A stretch of 64,000 nucleotides of DNA from Candidatus Krumholzibacteriota bacterium (GCA_963727455.1 CAVSGG010000003.1:1-64000), one strand, 5' to 3'; counted from the stretch's first letter, positions 9,060 to 19,285 are shown. Notes: generated by a model not told the origin, from the letters alone. Numbers and translations: made by a program.

Positions 9060-11057
9060 ATGCAGACCACGCCGCATGACACTCTGCACCAGGTCCAACA
9101 CCGCCTCGATCCGAGCGCGGCCGCGATTCTCGATCGAGCGCTTCCGCGCTCGCGGACCCCGGCTGCCGTGCGCGATCTCTGGTCCAGCGTCCGCGCCCGT
9201 ACCCGCAGTGAGCTGGCCTCTACTCGCGCGCGCGTTCAGCAGGAATGTGAGTCGATGCGACGCGAGGCCGCTGTTGGCCATGCCGCGCTGTGCGAAAGCG
9301 CCAGTGAGTTCCGTTCGGTACAGGGACCGCGATGGTGCGGTTACGCCTCGCTGCGCGACTACTGCGCCGAACGTCTCGGGGTTCCGGTCTCCACCTTCTA
9401 TAAATGGATTCGTCAGGCCCGGCTCTTGCGCGAATCCCCGGATGTGGCCAGCGCGCATGCCGAAGGCCACCTCAGCGCCAGCGCGCTCGAGGAACTCGCA
9501 CAACTGGTGTCGCCGGCCCAGGCCGAGGCCCTTCTGCCGGAAGTTCTCGGTCTCACCGTTCGCGAGTTGCGGCAGAAGGTCCGGGAGTCCCGACAGCATC
9601 CGGGCGAGACCGCTTCTTCCGATGCTGCGACCCGAACGAATTCTGCCAGGACCGAAGAGCACCGCGACCGGCTGGTCCGCCTGCGCATTCCGTCCCTCTT
9701 CGCACCGTATGTGCGCGACACCTTACGCCTTGCCCAGGCTCTCATCGGCACCGAGGGCGATGACGAATTGCGCCTGGCCGCCATCCTCGCCGAAGCCAGT
9801 ACCGAGGTGGAACTCACCGTCCCGGCGACGGAGGCCCTGAATCGCATCTGCCCGCGACGTTCCGCGAAGGCGCGGCGCACGCGCAATGCAGCGGACGGCA
9901 CCTCAGCATGCGCGACTCCGCATTCGGCCGTCGAAGCCCGGACAAGCGACGCGCGCTTGGCCCACAGCAGCGAGAGCCAGCCGCAGCGCGCTGATTCCCC
10001 GTCCCAACCGAACGCCCGCGAACGTGCTCACTTCCTCGACCTCTCCTTGCGCCGCTTGCTCTCCCGACGTCGACGCCTCCGTATTCGACATGAAGACAAG
10101 TTGCTCAGTTTCAAGAACCGGTCCATCCATCACCGGATCGGCTATCGCCGTTTCGACGACTTCGCGCGTGCCCAACTCGGCCTCGCGTCCTCGACGACAT
10201 TCGAGATGCTCACCCGTGCCGAGAAACGGCGCCGCGACGATCCCGTTGCCCTCGCGCATGCCCAGGGCACGATCACCTCCCTGAAGGCCACCCTTTTGTT
10301 GCAACTCCCGCGCATCGGCGCCGCGCGCAGTGATCTGCCGCGCTGGATCGCCGAAGCGTCTACCCTGACCGTGCGCGCCCTGCGCGATCGCATCGCCTGG
10401 GCGCGCCGTCAGGCCGACACCGACTACCGCGCGTGGTCCTTGAAGGGCTGCCCGCCGCCGACCGACGAACAACTCCGAACGTCGAGACACTCGCTGCGCG
10501 AGCTCGCGACCCATCCGGATCCGCCGGCCCTCCTGGACGCAGCCCCGCTGCATTCCGAGCGCCGCGTCACTCTCAGTTGGGTGCTGAGCGAAGACACCAG
10601 CGCGTTCTTGGCTCAGTTGCTGGCTTCAACCCAGGATCGGGTGAAGCGAAATGCCCTGCGCAACTGCGAACCGTGGCGCGCGCTCGTCCTCCTGTGCTAC
10701 CAAGCCCGACGTGCCTGGTCCGCCATCGAAAAGCCGCACTCCCGTCGCGATGAGGCCATCCTCGAGCGCGACGATTGGCGCTGCGCCGTTCCGGGATGCA
10801 GCGCGCGCCGCTCGCTGCAACGCCACCACATCCACTTCCGCAGCCTCGGCGGAGGTGACGAACCGGAAAACCAGATTACCCTCTGCGCCTTCCATCATCT
10901 CATCGGGGTGCACCAGGGTCTCATCGCCATCAAGGGGAGAGCCCGCCGCGGCGGTGAAGATCTCGACTATTCGCTGGGATTGCGCCCGGGCCGTCGTTCG
11001 CTCGCCTTCTATCACGGCGAGCGCCAGGTGAAGCGAGGAGGGACCCATGTCCGCTAA
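9060..11057 (+). CDS. DUF222-like protein with C-terminal HNH endonuclease domain
   Basis: ILERDDWRCAVPGC..LQRHHIHFRSLGG.DEPENQITLCAFHH; two GY..Y/F..xLG helical modules upstream; start chosen at ATG 9060. Confidence 0.8.
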   Translation: MQTTPHDTLHQVQHRLDPSAAAILDRALPRSRTPAAVRDLWSSVRARTRSELASTRARVQQECESMRREAAVGHAALCESASEFRSVQGPRWCGYASLRDYCAERLGVPVSTFYKWIRQARLLRESPDVASAHAEGHLSASALEELAQLVSPAQAEALLPEVLGLTVRELRQKVRESRQHPGETASSDAATRTNSARTEEHRDRLVRLRIPSLFAPYVRDTLRLAQALIGTEGDDELRLAAILAEASTEVELTVPATEALNRICPRRSAKARRTRNAADGTSACATPHSAVEARTSDARLAHSSESQPQRADSPSQPNARERAHFLDLSLRRLLSRRRRLRIRHEDKLLSFKNRSIHHRIGYRRFDDFARAQLGLASSTTFEMLTRAEKRRRDDPVALAHAQGTITSLKATLLLQLPRIGAARSDLPRWIAEASTLTVRALRDRIAWARRQADTDYRAWSLKGCPPPTDEQLRTSRHSLRELATHPDPPALLDAAPLHSERRVTLSWVLSEDTSAFLAQLLASTQDRVKRNALRNCEPWRALVLLCYQARRAWSAIEKPHSRRDEAILERDDWRCAVPGCSARRSLQRHHIHFRSLGGGDEPENQITLCAFHHLIGVHQGLIAIKGRARRGGEDLDYSLGLRPGRRSLAFYHGERQVKRGGTHVR

Positions 11058-11165
11058 TCTCAAGCAACCCTTGTCCCGAGCGCATGGCTGGGCCATTCTC
11101 GACCTACGAATACTTCGAACTTGGCCCTTCCCCCAAGCCCGGCTCTTCCACCTAGCCGCGAACTC

Positions 11166-11282
11166 ATGCCTTTCTGGACCGTCTTCTGGCTCATCGTCCC
11201 CGCCGTGGCCCTCCTGGCCTTCACCACCATCTTCTACATCCGCACCGGGAAGCCACCTCGCACCGGGAAGCCTCGCCGATGA
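11166..11282 (+). CDS. 38-aa single-TM small protein coupled to putP
   Basis: MPFWTVFWLIVPAVALLAFTTIFYIRTGKPPRTGKPRR*; stop overlaps the putP start (ATGA); host-like codon use. Confidence 0.7.
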   Translation: MPFWTVFWLIVPAVALLAFTTIFYIRTGKPPRTGKPRR

Positions 11283-12787
11283 ATCCCATCCTCATCGGCT
11301 TCATCATCTACCTGCTCGTCGTCCTGGTCGTGGGCATCCTCGCCTACAACCGAACCAGCACCCAGAAGGCCTTCATCCTGGGCGACCGCAAACTGGGTCC
11401 CTGGGTCATCGCCTTCAGCGAACGCGCCAGCGGCGAGAGCGCATGGTTGCTCGTCGGCCTGCCCGGCGCCGCCTTCGCCGCGGGCTTCGTGCAATTGTGG
11501 ACTGCCGTGGGTTGCTGCGCCGGTATCCTCTTCTCCTGGACCGTCGTCGCGCGCCGGCTCCGCAAGGAAGTCGGCCGCACCGACAGCCTCACCCTTCCCG
11601 ACTATTTCCACCTGCGCTTCCCGGAGACCAAGGGCTGGCTGCGCCTGGTCGCCAGCGTCATCATCACCTTCTTCTTCACCTTCTACGTCGCCTCGCAGTT
11701 CAACGCCGCCGGCAAAGTCCTCGACACCACCTTCGGCGACTTCATGGTCGAGCTGCAGAACTTCTTCGCGCGCGGCGGCCTCGCCATGCAGACCACCACT
11801 ATCGGCATGCTTATCGGCGCCGCGATCGTCCTCTTCTACACCACCATGGGCGGCTTCGTGGCGGTGGCCTGGACCGACGTCGTCCAGGGCATCATCATGG
11901 TCTTCACCTGCGTGGTTCTGCCGATCGTCGGCGTCCAGGCTCTCGGCGGCTGGCACGAAGTCGCAATGCGACTCCACCACCTCGATCCCAAACTCCTCAG
12001 CGTCACCGAGGGCCAGAGCGGCAGCGCCGCCTTCCTCGGCGTCATTGGCGGACTCTCCTGGGGCCTGGGCTACATGGGGCAACCCCATCTGCTCGCGCGC
12101 TTCATGGCCATTCGCGACAGCCGCGACATCCGCACCGGCACCCTCATCGCGGGATGGTGGGCCGTCCCCGCCCTCTGGGGAGCCTTCCTCATCGGCATCA
12201 TCGGCCTAGCCCACTACGGTCCCGACACGCTCCAGGACCCCGAGCGCCTCATGCCCATCCTGGCCCAGACGCTTCTGCCCGGCTGGCTGGCCGGCATCAT
12301 GATCTCCGGCGCCATCGCCGCCATGATGTCCACCGCCGACTCGCAACTCCTCGTCACCACCTCGACCCTCAGCGAGGACGTCTATCACAAGATGTTCAAG
12401 CAGGAGGTCACTCCCGAACGGCTTGCCTCCTTCAGCCGCCTCGCCACCCTCGTCGTCGGCATCTTGGCCTTCGTGCTGGCAATTCGCAGCACCGACCTGG
12501 TCTTCGCCATGGTATCCTTCGCCTGGGCCGGACTCTCGGCGGCGTTCGGTCCGGCCCTCGTCTTGACTCTGTGGTGGAAACGCGTGAGCGGCTATGGAGT
12601 GCTGGCCGGCATGATCGGCGGTGCACTCACCGTGATCCTCTGGAAGTCCCTCGGCCTCGATCACACCCTGACCGAACGCGTCAGCGGTTATGTCGTGGCC
12701 CTGATCCTGGTCGTTGTCGTCTCACTTCTCAAACCGACGCCACCCCATGACATCTCGAAAGCCTCCCGAGAAGGAGCCCCTTCATGA
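11279..12787 (+). CDS. putP: Sodium/proline symporter (SSS family)
   Basis: FILGDRKLGPWVIAFSERASGESAWLLVGLPG, WGLGYMGQPH..RFMA, AAMMSTADSQLL, AWAGL.AAFGP. Confidence 0.9.
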   Translation: MNPILIGFIIYLLVVLVVGILAYNRTSTQKAFILGDRKLGPWVIAFSERASGESAWLLVGLPGAAFAAGFVQLWTAVGCCAGILFSWTVVARRLRKEVGRTDSLTLPDYFHLRFPETKGWLRLVASVIITFFFTFYVASQFNAAGKVLDTTFGDFMVELQNFFARGGLAMQTTTIGMLIGAAIVLFYTTMGGFVAVAWTDVVQGIIMVFTCVVLPIVGVQALGGWHEVAMRLHHLDPKLLSVTEGQSGSAAFLGVIGGLSWGLGYMGQPHLLARFMAIRDSRDIRTGTLIAGWWAVPALWGAFLIGIIGLAHYGPDTLQDPERLMPILAQTLLPGWLAGIMISGAIAAMMSTADSQLLVTTSTLSEDVYHKMFKQEVTPERLASFSRLATLVVGILAFVLAIRSTDLVFAMVSFAWAGLSAAFGPALVLTLWWKRVSGYGVLAGMIGGALTVILWKSLGLDHTLTERVSGYVVALILVVVVSLLKPTPPHDISKASREGAPS

Positions 12788-13386
12788 AAGCTAAATCGAC
12801 CACCCTCTACTACGACCATTACATGAGCCCACTGGGAGCCATCGTCTTGGGCGCCACCGAGCATGGCCTCTGCGCCCTCTACTTCGTGGGCGGAAATTCC
12901 GGCGCGAAAGCCAGTGCAAAGTCGAAGACCAAACCCAGCAAGGCAATACTGGAGAAGACCCTCCGCACTCACCTCCCCGCCGACCTCAAGGACGCGCCCC
13001 TCCAAGCCTCGCCCACCAAACTCGCCCCCGCGCGCGCCTGGTTGAAGCGCTACTTTGCCAAGCAGGAGAGCACCCCGGAAGATCTGAAGATGCCGCTCGA
13101 TCTACACGGCACCGATTTCCAGAAACGAGTGTGGAAGCAACTCGCCCGCATCCCCTACGGAAGCACCGCGAGTTACGGCCAAGTCGCCAAGAAGATCCGC
13201 AAGCCCCTGGCCTCCCGCGCGGTGGGACTGGCGAACAACCGCAATCCGGTGTCGCTCGTCATTCCCTGTCATCGCGTGGTCGGCTCGACGGGAAAGCTCG
13301 TCGGTTACGGCGGCGGACTGTGGCGCAAGGAAGCTCTGCTGCGTATGGAGGAGGGCGATCTCTTCGACGCCAAGCCGGCGCGATAG
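12784..13386 (+). CDS. ogt: Methylated-DNA-protein-cysteine methyltransferase
   Basis: GTDFQKRVW..IPYG..SYG, RAVG.AN..NP, active site IPCHRV. Confidence 0.93.
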   Translation: MKAKSTTLYYDHYMSPLGAIVLGATEHGLCALYFVGGNSGAKASAKSKTKPSKAILEKTLRTHLPADLKDAPLQASPTKLAPARAWLKRYFAKQESTPEDLKMPLDLHGTDFQKRVWKQLARIPYGSTASYGQVAKKIRKPLASRAVGLANNRNPVSLVIPCHRVVGSTGKLVGYGGGLWRKEALLRMEEGDLFDAKPAR

Positions 13387-13442
13387 AAAGTCCGAGATGG
13401 GTCGGCGCGCACACCGCCCGGCCCATCCCACGACCCTACCCA

Positions 13443-15404
13443 TCACCCCGACAACTTCGCCACCAACCACACCATCACGAACACCAAAAGCGCCAAGCTC
13501 AAGGGTAGAGCCAAGGGTGGCCGCGAACGATCCTCGTCGAAGTCCGGCTCATCGGTATGCACCCGATGCGGATACCCCGGCACGTAGCGCACGGGATCCC
13601 GCAGGGTCTGCACAACTCTGCGCGCGGCCCAGCGCGTCGCCGCCTCGGACGCATCGAAGACCCACCCAACCCCATCCACGAACACCGCCCGGAACAGCGG
13701 CGCGGTCTTGCGGTACAGTACGTCGGTATCCATCGAAATGGTCCGCTCCCCGTGCAGCATCGGAATGAACACCCAGAACGCGAAGTACGTAAAGAGCAAC
13801 AGCTGCACGCTCTCCATCACGTGCGGGAAAGTCCACGGATTCCAGTGCACCGCATACGGCAGGTAGCGATACAACACTCCCGGCGCCACTCCCATCAGGG
13901 TGCAGAAGAACGCGGCCAAACCCATGGCCACGATCATGTTCTTCGGCGCCTTCTTGGGCTGGATACCCTTGTCCTCCCCGAACCAGGTTCCGTACGGCAG
14001 CTTCAAGCCGGTGTGCAGAAAAGTCCCCACGCTGGCCAGCATCAACAGCAAGTACGCCCAATTCAGATGCGACTCGCCCGCGGCCGCAATTACCATCGAC
14101 TTACTGATAAAGCCATTCCACAGCGGGAAACCCGAAATCGAGAAGGCCCCGATCATATACAGCCCGAAGATGAGTTTCTGCCGCCGCCAGAACCCACCCA
14201 GCTCGCTCAACTTCTCCCGGCCCGTGGTGTGGATCACCGCCCCCGCGCCCATGAACAAGAGAGCCTTGTACAGAATGTGACTCACCGCGTGCGCCGTCGC
14301 GCCATTCACCGCCATCGCGGTGCCGATCCCCGCGCCGGCCACCATGTAGCCCACCTGCGAAATGATGTGGTAAGCGAGAAGCTCGCGAATGTCGTTCGAG
14401 AGCACCGCGTAGACCACGCCGTAGAGCGACATGATCACGCCCAAAACGAGCAGAATCTCCCAGCCCGCGAAACCGCGCAGCAGAGTGTAGACGGCGGTCT
14501 TGGTGGTCAGCGCCGAACAAAAGATGGCCCCGGTCACCGTGGCGCGCGGATACGCGTCGGGCAGCCACGGACCCAAAGGCGGCACCGCCGCATTCAGACA
14601 GAACCCAAACAGAATCAGCCAGACCGCGACACCCCCCGTCCCCGGCGCGAAGCGTTCGAAGAGGATGCTTCCCGTCGCATGCTGGTAGAGCAGAATGCCC
14701 GCCAGGAGCACCGCGCCGCCGGTGAGGTGCACCAGGATGTATCGATTCCCCGCCGCCTGCGACTCGGCCCGGTCGCGCGCCCAGATCAGAATGACCGAGG
14801 ACACGGCCATCAGTTCCCAAAATGTGTATAGAGTGAAGAAGTCGCCGGCGAAGGTCACGCCCAAGGCGCCCGCGTTGTACAGCAGCGCCGCCACCTGTTG
14901 GCGCCGGTCGTTGATGTGCCAGGCGTAGGTCCCGGCGATGATTCCCACTAAAGAGAAGATCTTGCCGAACACGAGCGAGAGTCGATCCGCCCGCAGCACC
15001 GTCAGATCCAGATTCAAAAAGTGCAGCGTTACCCGTGTCCCATCCGGCAGACCCCAGATGTACCACAGCGCGAACATCGGCGCGCCGATCGCCGCCGCCG
15101 CGCGCACCCGACCCGGCAACACCAGCACGAGCACAGCCCCGAGCAAAAGCACCAGCGCCGGCGGCCAGGCCGAAGTACAGACGATCTCGGGATTCAACTC
15201 GGGGGCAAGAACGCGCGCGGAATGGTGGGAGCTAGTAGCCCCTGCTTCATGCGACACGACCTCATTCCCAGTCTCATTCCCAGTCTCATTCCCAGCCTCA
15301 TTCCCAGCCCCAAACCCCGACAGCCCCACCACCAACACCACCATGAGCAGCATCAGCATCCCGGCCAGCCAGGTCTTCTCGCGCGCGCTACGAGCGGTCA
15401 TCAT
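13443..15404 (-). CDS. Mrp Na+/H+ antiporter MrpD/MrpA-like subunit
   Basis: Antiporter-like subunit motifs FWELMA, WLPDAYP, TTKTAVY, LLAYHIISQVGYM, HILYKALLF. Confidence 0.88.
   Translation of the reverse strand: MMTARSAREKTWLAGMLMLLMVVLVVGLSGFGAGNEAGNETGNETGNEVVSHEAGATSSHHSARVLAPELNPEIVCTSAWPPALVLLLGAVLVLVLPGRVRAAAAIGAPMFALWYIWGLPDGTRVTLHFLNLDLTVLRADRLSLVFGKIFSLVGIIAGTYAWHINDRRQQVAALLYNAGALGVTFAGDFFTLYTFWELMAVSSVILIWARDRAESQAAGNRYILVHLTGGAVLLAGILLYQHATGSILFERFAPGTGGVAVWLILFGFCLNAAVPPLGPWLPDAYPRATVTGAIFCSALTTKTAVYTLLRGFAGWEILLVLGVIMSLYGVVYAVLSNDIRELLAYHIISQVGYMVAGAGIGTAMAVNGATAHAVSHILYKALLFMGAGAVIHTTGREKLSELGGFWRRQKLIFGLYMIGAFSISGFPLWNGFISKSMVIAAAGESHLNWAYLLLMLASVGTFLHTGLKLPYGTWFGEDKGIQPKKAPKNMIVAMGLAAFFCTLMGVAPGVLYRYLPYAVHWNPWTFPHVMESVQLLLFTYFAFWVFIPMLHGERTISMDTDVLYRKTAPLFRAVFVDGVGWVFDASEAATRWAARRVVQTLRDPVRYVPGYPHRVHTDEPDFDEDRSRPPLALPLSLALLVFVMVWLVAKLSG
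15262..15309. repeat. 12-bp tandem repeat (TCATTCCCAGYC x4) encoding GNE(A/T) repeats
   Basis: Direct reading of the sequence. Confidence 0.8.
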
Positions 15405-15705
15405 AAAAATCCTCCCGCTTCTGCAAGAAGAGATGACCGAGCCACTTGCTCACCACCACGATTGCCGCGCATCCCAGCGCGCCGTACCACGCCCACCAAC
15501 CGAAAATGTGATTCCAGAATCCGTGCCCCTCGCCCTCGTGCGGCGCAATCCACGACACCACGAGCGGCAGCAACAAAACCACCGCCCCGCTGATCACCGC
15601 GAAGATCCACCCGCGCGCACCGGGCCACTGCATCTTCAATTTCATCGGGCCATTCGTCTGGCCATTCGTCTGTCCTTTCATCGGGCCGTTCATGGAACCA
15701 TTCAT
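15388..15705 (-). CDS. Small membrane protein of the Mrp operon
   Basis: Two TM segments, FWNHIFGWWAWYGALGCAAIVVVSKWLGHLFLQKREDFYD; overlaps both neighbours. Confidence 0.75.
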   Translation of the reverse strand: MNGSMNGPMKGQTNGQTNGPMKLKMQWPGARGWIFAVISGAVVLLLPLVVSWIAPHEGEGHGFWNHIFGWWAWYGALGCAAIVVVSKWLGHLFLQKREDFYDDRS

Positions 15706-17270
15706 GACCCACCTCCCCACACCATCGCCGCCACCCCGCGCGCCAGGTCCACTGCGTGCGCGCCCAGGTTCGGCATCAGCCCCAGCACCAACGACATCAG
15801 AGCCGTCACCGCCAAGGGTCCCACCATCCACCAGCTGGCCTCTCCATAACCGGTGTACTCCGCGTTCTCGCGAAAGAAAGCCTGGTGCACGATGGGAAAG
15901 AAGTAAGCCGCGTTCAACACGCCTGACAGCACCAAGAGCCCCAAGAACCACCACTGCCGCGCGTCCACCGTTCCCACCGCCAGGGTCCACTTCGACACGA
16001 AGCCGTTCACCCCCGGCACTCCGGCCAGCCCCAAGGACGCAATCCCGAAGGCGATCATCGTCACCGGCATCTGCCGGCCGATCCCCACCATCTCCGAGAT
16101 GTTCTCCTTGTGCGTGCGCACGTAGATCGCCCCCGCGCAGAAGAACAGAGTGATCTTCATCGTGGCGTGGAACATGAGGTGCATCACCGATCCGGCCATC
16201 CCGTTGGGCGTCAGGATCGCCGCTCCCAATACGATGTAGCTCAGGTGTCCCACCGTCGAGTAGGCCAGCCGCCGCTTCAGATTGTCCTGCCGCAATGCCA
16301 AGAAAGACGCCACCGTCAGGGTGATGCCCGCCACCCAGGCGAGCATCTGCCACACCCCAATCTGCGCCAACAGCGTCGGCCCGTACACGAAACCCACGAT
16401 CCGCAGCACGCCGAACACCCCGGCTTTGACCACGGCCACCGCATGTAGAAGAGCGCTCACCGGAGTAGGCGCGGCCATCGCGGCCGGCAGCCACGACTGC
16501 AAGGGCATCAACGCCGCCTTCACTCCCACTCCCAACATGAACAGCAGAAAGATCAACTGCAGCATGCGCCGCGACGCATCGTTCAGAGAAAGAAATCCCC
16601 CCGCGCGAAAATCCAGCGCGCCCAACGAACTCGCTGCGCCCGAGCCGGCGACAGCCGCCGCATTCCCCAGCGCGCCCGTGCCCACCGGATGAATCGTCGC
16701 CGTCAACACCGTCGCCAATACCAGCATCAGCCCCGCCGGTAACACGAAGGCCAGATACTTGCGCGCCGCATCGATTGCCTTGGGCGTCTCCTTATGAATC
16801 ACCAGGGGATAGGTCGCCAGGCTCAGCATCTCGAAAAAGATCACGAAGGTGAGCAGATTCGCGGCAAAGGCGATCCCGATCGTCGCGTGTAGGCACAGCG
16901 CAAACGAAGCGAAATAGCGCGTTTGCTTGTGCTCGCGCGCGCCGCGCATGTAGCCGATACTGTACAGCGAAGTCAGAAGCCACAGGGTCGACGCCACCAC
17001 CGCGAACACGAAGCCCAGGGTGTCCACCCGCAGCGCCAACTCCACTCCCGGTGAAATGCGCCACAAGGAAATCTGCGCGACTCTCCCCGACAGCACCCAG
17101 GGCAACATCGACCACACCAGTCCGGCCTTCAACAGCGCCGCGAGCAGAGTCCAGCCCTCGCGCAGATTGCGCCGCTTCTCCCCGGCCAGCAAAATCAAGG
17201 GAATCGCCAAGAGCGAAACCAAGAGCGCCCACAGCGGCCGCGCCGAGGTGAAGGTCTGCAATTCGTGCAT
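15702..17270 (-). CDS. mrpD: Mrp antiporter subunit D family
   Basis: FFEMLS, GVKAALMP..WLPAAMAAPTPVSALLHAVAVVKAG, LKRRLAYST. Confidence 0.9.
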   Translation of the reverse strand: MHELQTFTSARPLWALLVSLLAIPLILLAGEKRRNLREGWTLLAALLKAGLVWSMLPWVLSGRVAQISLWRISPGVELALRVDTLGFVFAVVASTLWLLTSLYSIGYMRGAREHKQTRYFASFALCLHATIGIAFAANLLTFVIFFEMLSLATYPLVIHKETPKAIDAARKYLAFVLPAGLMLVLATVLTATIHPVGTGALGNAAAVAGSGAASSLGALDFRAGGFLSLNDASRRMLQLIFLLFMLGVGVKAALMPLQSWLPAAMAAPTPVSALLHAVAVVKAGVFGVLRIVGFVYGPTLLAQIGVWQMLAWVAGITLTVASFLALRQDNLKRRLAYSTVGHLSYIVLGAAILTPNGMAGSVMHLMFHATMKITLFFCAGAIYVRTHKENISEMVGIGRQMPVTMIAFGIASLGLAGVPGVNGFVSKWTLAVGTVDARQWWFLGLLVLSGVLNAAYFFPIVHQAFFRENAEYTGYGEASWWMVGPLAVTALMSLVLGLMPNLGAHAVDLARGVAAMVWGGGS

Positions 17271-17277
17271 CAGACCC

Positions 17278-18906
17278 TCACCCCCCCAGCCCCTGCGCCT
17301 GCAACGCCACCGGCAACGCCTTCAGAATGACTGCGCTCACGAACCAAGCATTCACCAGGCCCAACACCAAAGTTCCCACGCCCAAGAGCAAAGGTGGCAA
17401 CACCAAGGACAGCCCGGGATCACCGGGCGTCGTGGCGAGCGTTGCCGTTTCGCCGGCCGCACCCACCGCCCCGGCCGCAGCAACTGCACCTTCATCTCCC
17501 TCCACCCTGGCGTAGATCCGCTCCAATACCCGAAAGAAATACCCCGCCGTCAAAAGCCCCGAGAGTATCAACAGCACCAACAGCACCCACGCATGCGCCC
17601 GCGCCAGACCCAGAGCCAAATACCACTTCGAAAAGAACCCGTTGGTCGGCGGCAGTCCCACCATGGCGATCGCGGCAAACGCGAAACCGACGAAAGTCCA
17701 CGGCATCTTGCGTCCCAAACCGGTCCACCCGTCCAGACTGTGCCGCCCCGTCTGCATCTCCACGATTCCACACGTCATGAACAACGACGACTTCATCGCC
17801 GCGTGGTTCATGATGTGCAAAATGGCGCCCACCATCGCCAAGGCGTTCCCCGTCCCAATCCCCACCCCGATGTACCCCACCTGCGCGATCGACGAATAGG
17901 CCAGCATGCGCTTCGGGTCCCTCTGGGCAATGGCCATGAACGAACCCCAGATCACTCCCAACATCGAGAGCCATGCAATGACCGTCCCCAGCTGCAAGTG
18001 CGTCAGCGCCCACTCGCTCCCATAGACGAAATAGATCATGCGGATGAGCACGTAGGCCGATACTTTCGTCATCACGGGCGCGATGATCGATGTCGAAGTC
18101 GACGACGCATAGGTGTAGGCGTCGGGCAACCAAAGGTGCATGGGAAACAGCGCCGCCTTCAAACTCAGGCCGGCTACCATGAACACCAGGGCCACCGTCA
18201 GCGCGGGGTTCGACGTCAGCTGCGGCAACAAGCCCGCCACGTCGGCCATGTTCAAACTTCCGGTGAGCACGTAGAGATAGCCCACGCCCAGAAGATAGAA
18301 CGAGGCCCCGATCGTCCCCTGCAGCAGGTAGCGAAACGACGATACCGGCGCTTTGCGGTCGCCGATCGCCATCAACGCGTAGGCGCTGAGACTCGAAATC
18401 TCGAAGAACACGTAGAGGTTGAAAAGGTCGCCCGTCATCACCATGCCGCATAGGCCCAAGAGCAGCAGGACCATCATGGCGAAAAACGGCACTTCTCGTT
18501 CGGGATTCTGGCGCCGCACCGAAGTGCCCGCGTAGATGGTCACCATCAACGCTACCACCGCGATCACCAGCACCACGAAGGCACTCAGGGGATCCAGCAC
18601 GAACTCGATTCCGATGGGCGGCGTCCACCCCGCGAGCTTGTAGTGCAAGGGCCCCGCGCTGAGCACCTGCCGCAGCGCGGCCAGGCTCGCCGCCAAAAGA
18701 GCCAACACCACCACCACCAGCGTCGCGTGCGCCAGACGCCGCCTGAGCAAACCCAAGCCGGGCACCAAAATGACTCCAGCGATGAGCGGCAACACGATCA
18801 AGATTGGCAGATTGCTCGCGTCGGGGGTCTGCAGCGCCGCACCGTGGACCGTGCTCTCCACCGCCACCATCGCCTGCGCGAGGAAACTCTGCGCAATCTG
18901 CGTCAC
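17278..18906 (-). CDS. mrpD: Mrp antiporter subunit D family
   Basis: GDLFNLYVFFEI, LKAALFPMHLWLPDAY, KRMLAYSSIAQVGY, GLPPTNGFFSKW. Confidence 0.92.
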   Translation of the reverse strand: MTQIAQSFLAQAMVAVESTVHGAALQTPDASNLPILIVLPLIAGVILVPGLGLLRRRLAHATLVVVVLALLAASLAALRQVLSAGPLHYKLAGWTPPIGIEFVLDPLSAFVVLVIAVVALMVTIYAGTSVRRQNPEREVPFFAMMVLLLLGLCGMVMTGDLFNLYVFFEISSLSAYALMAIGDRKAPVSSFRYLLQGTIGASFYLLGVGYLYVLTGSLNMADVAGLLPQLTSNPALTVALVFMVAGLSLKAALFPMHLWLPDAYTYASSTSTSIIAPVMTKVSAYVLIRMIYFVYGSEWALTHLQLGTVIAWLSMLGVIWGSFMAIAQRDPKRMLAYSSIAQVGYIGVGIGTGNALAMVGAILHIMNHAAMKSSLFMTCGIVEMQTGRHSLDGWTGLGRKMPWTFVGFAFAAIAMVGLPPTNGFFSKWYLALGLARAHAWVLLVLLILSGLLTAGYFFRVLERIYARVEGDEGAVAAAGAVGAAGETATLATTPGDPGLSLVLPPLLLGVGTLVLGLVNAWFVSAVILKALPVALQAQGLGG

Positions 18907-18910
18907 CGCG

Positions 18911-19285
18911 TCAGCCCCGTTCTCGATCCGTCCGCAACTCCCTGAGAAGTTCGTCTTCCTCGAGAGTCCCGAAGCGTTTGTAGATCAAGGAGAGCAGTGC
19001 CAATGCGACTCCCGTGGTGGCAACCGACACCACGATCGCGGTCAGCATCAAACCATGAGGAATGGGATTGATATAGTGCGAAGGTACATCCCCCAGGCTC
19101 TCCTCGTACACCGGCACGGTGGCCTTTCCCTTCCACGCGTAGACGATGAAGAAGAGAATGATCGCGCTCTGGAAGATGTTCATTCCGATGAGCTTCTTCA
19201 CCAGGTTCCGCTTGACCACCATTCCGTACAGACCGATGAGCAGCATCAGCACCGTCGCGAAGTAGGGCCACTTGTCAATCAGCAT
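18911..19285 (-). CDS. mrpC: Mrp antiporter subunit C
   Basis: IGLYG..KRNLVKKLIGMNI, NPIPHGLMLTAIVVSVA. Confidence 0.9.
   Translation of the reverse strand: MLIDKWPYFATVLMLLIGLYGMVVKRNLVKKLIGMNIFQSAIILFFIVYAWKGKATVPVYEESLGDVPSHYINPIPHGLMLTAIVVSVATTGVALALLSLIYKRFGTLEEDELLRELRTDRERG

Noticed and set aside
8008-12750. Long alternative-frame ORFs (8008..9840, 11047..12750; likewise 24455..26128, 29927..31285, 39065..40738 and the N-terminal extensions of 26094.., 38468.., 47757.., 54995..57019)
   Set aside because: Arg/Pro/His-rich shadow frames expected in high-GC DNA; they overlap well-supported genes.
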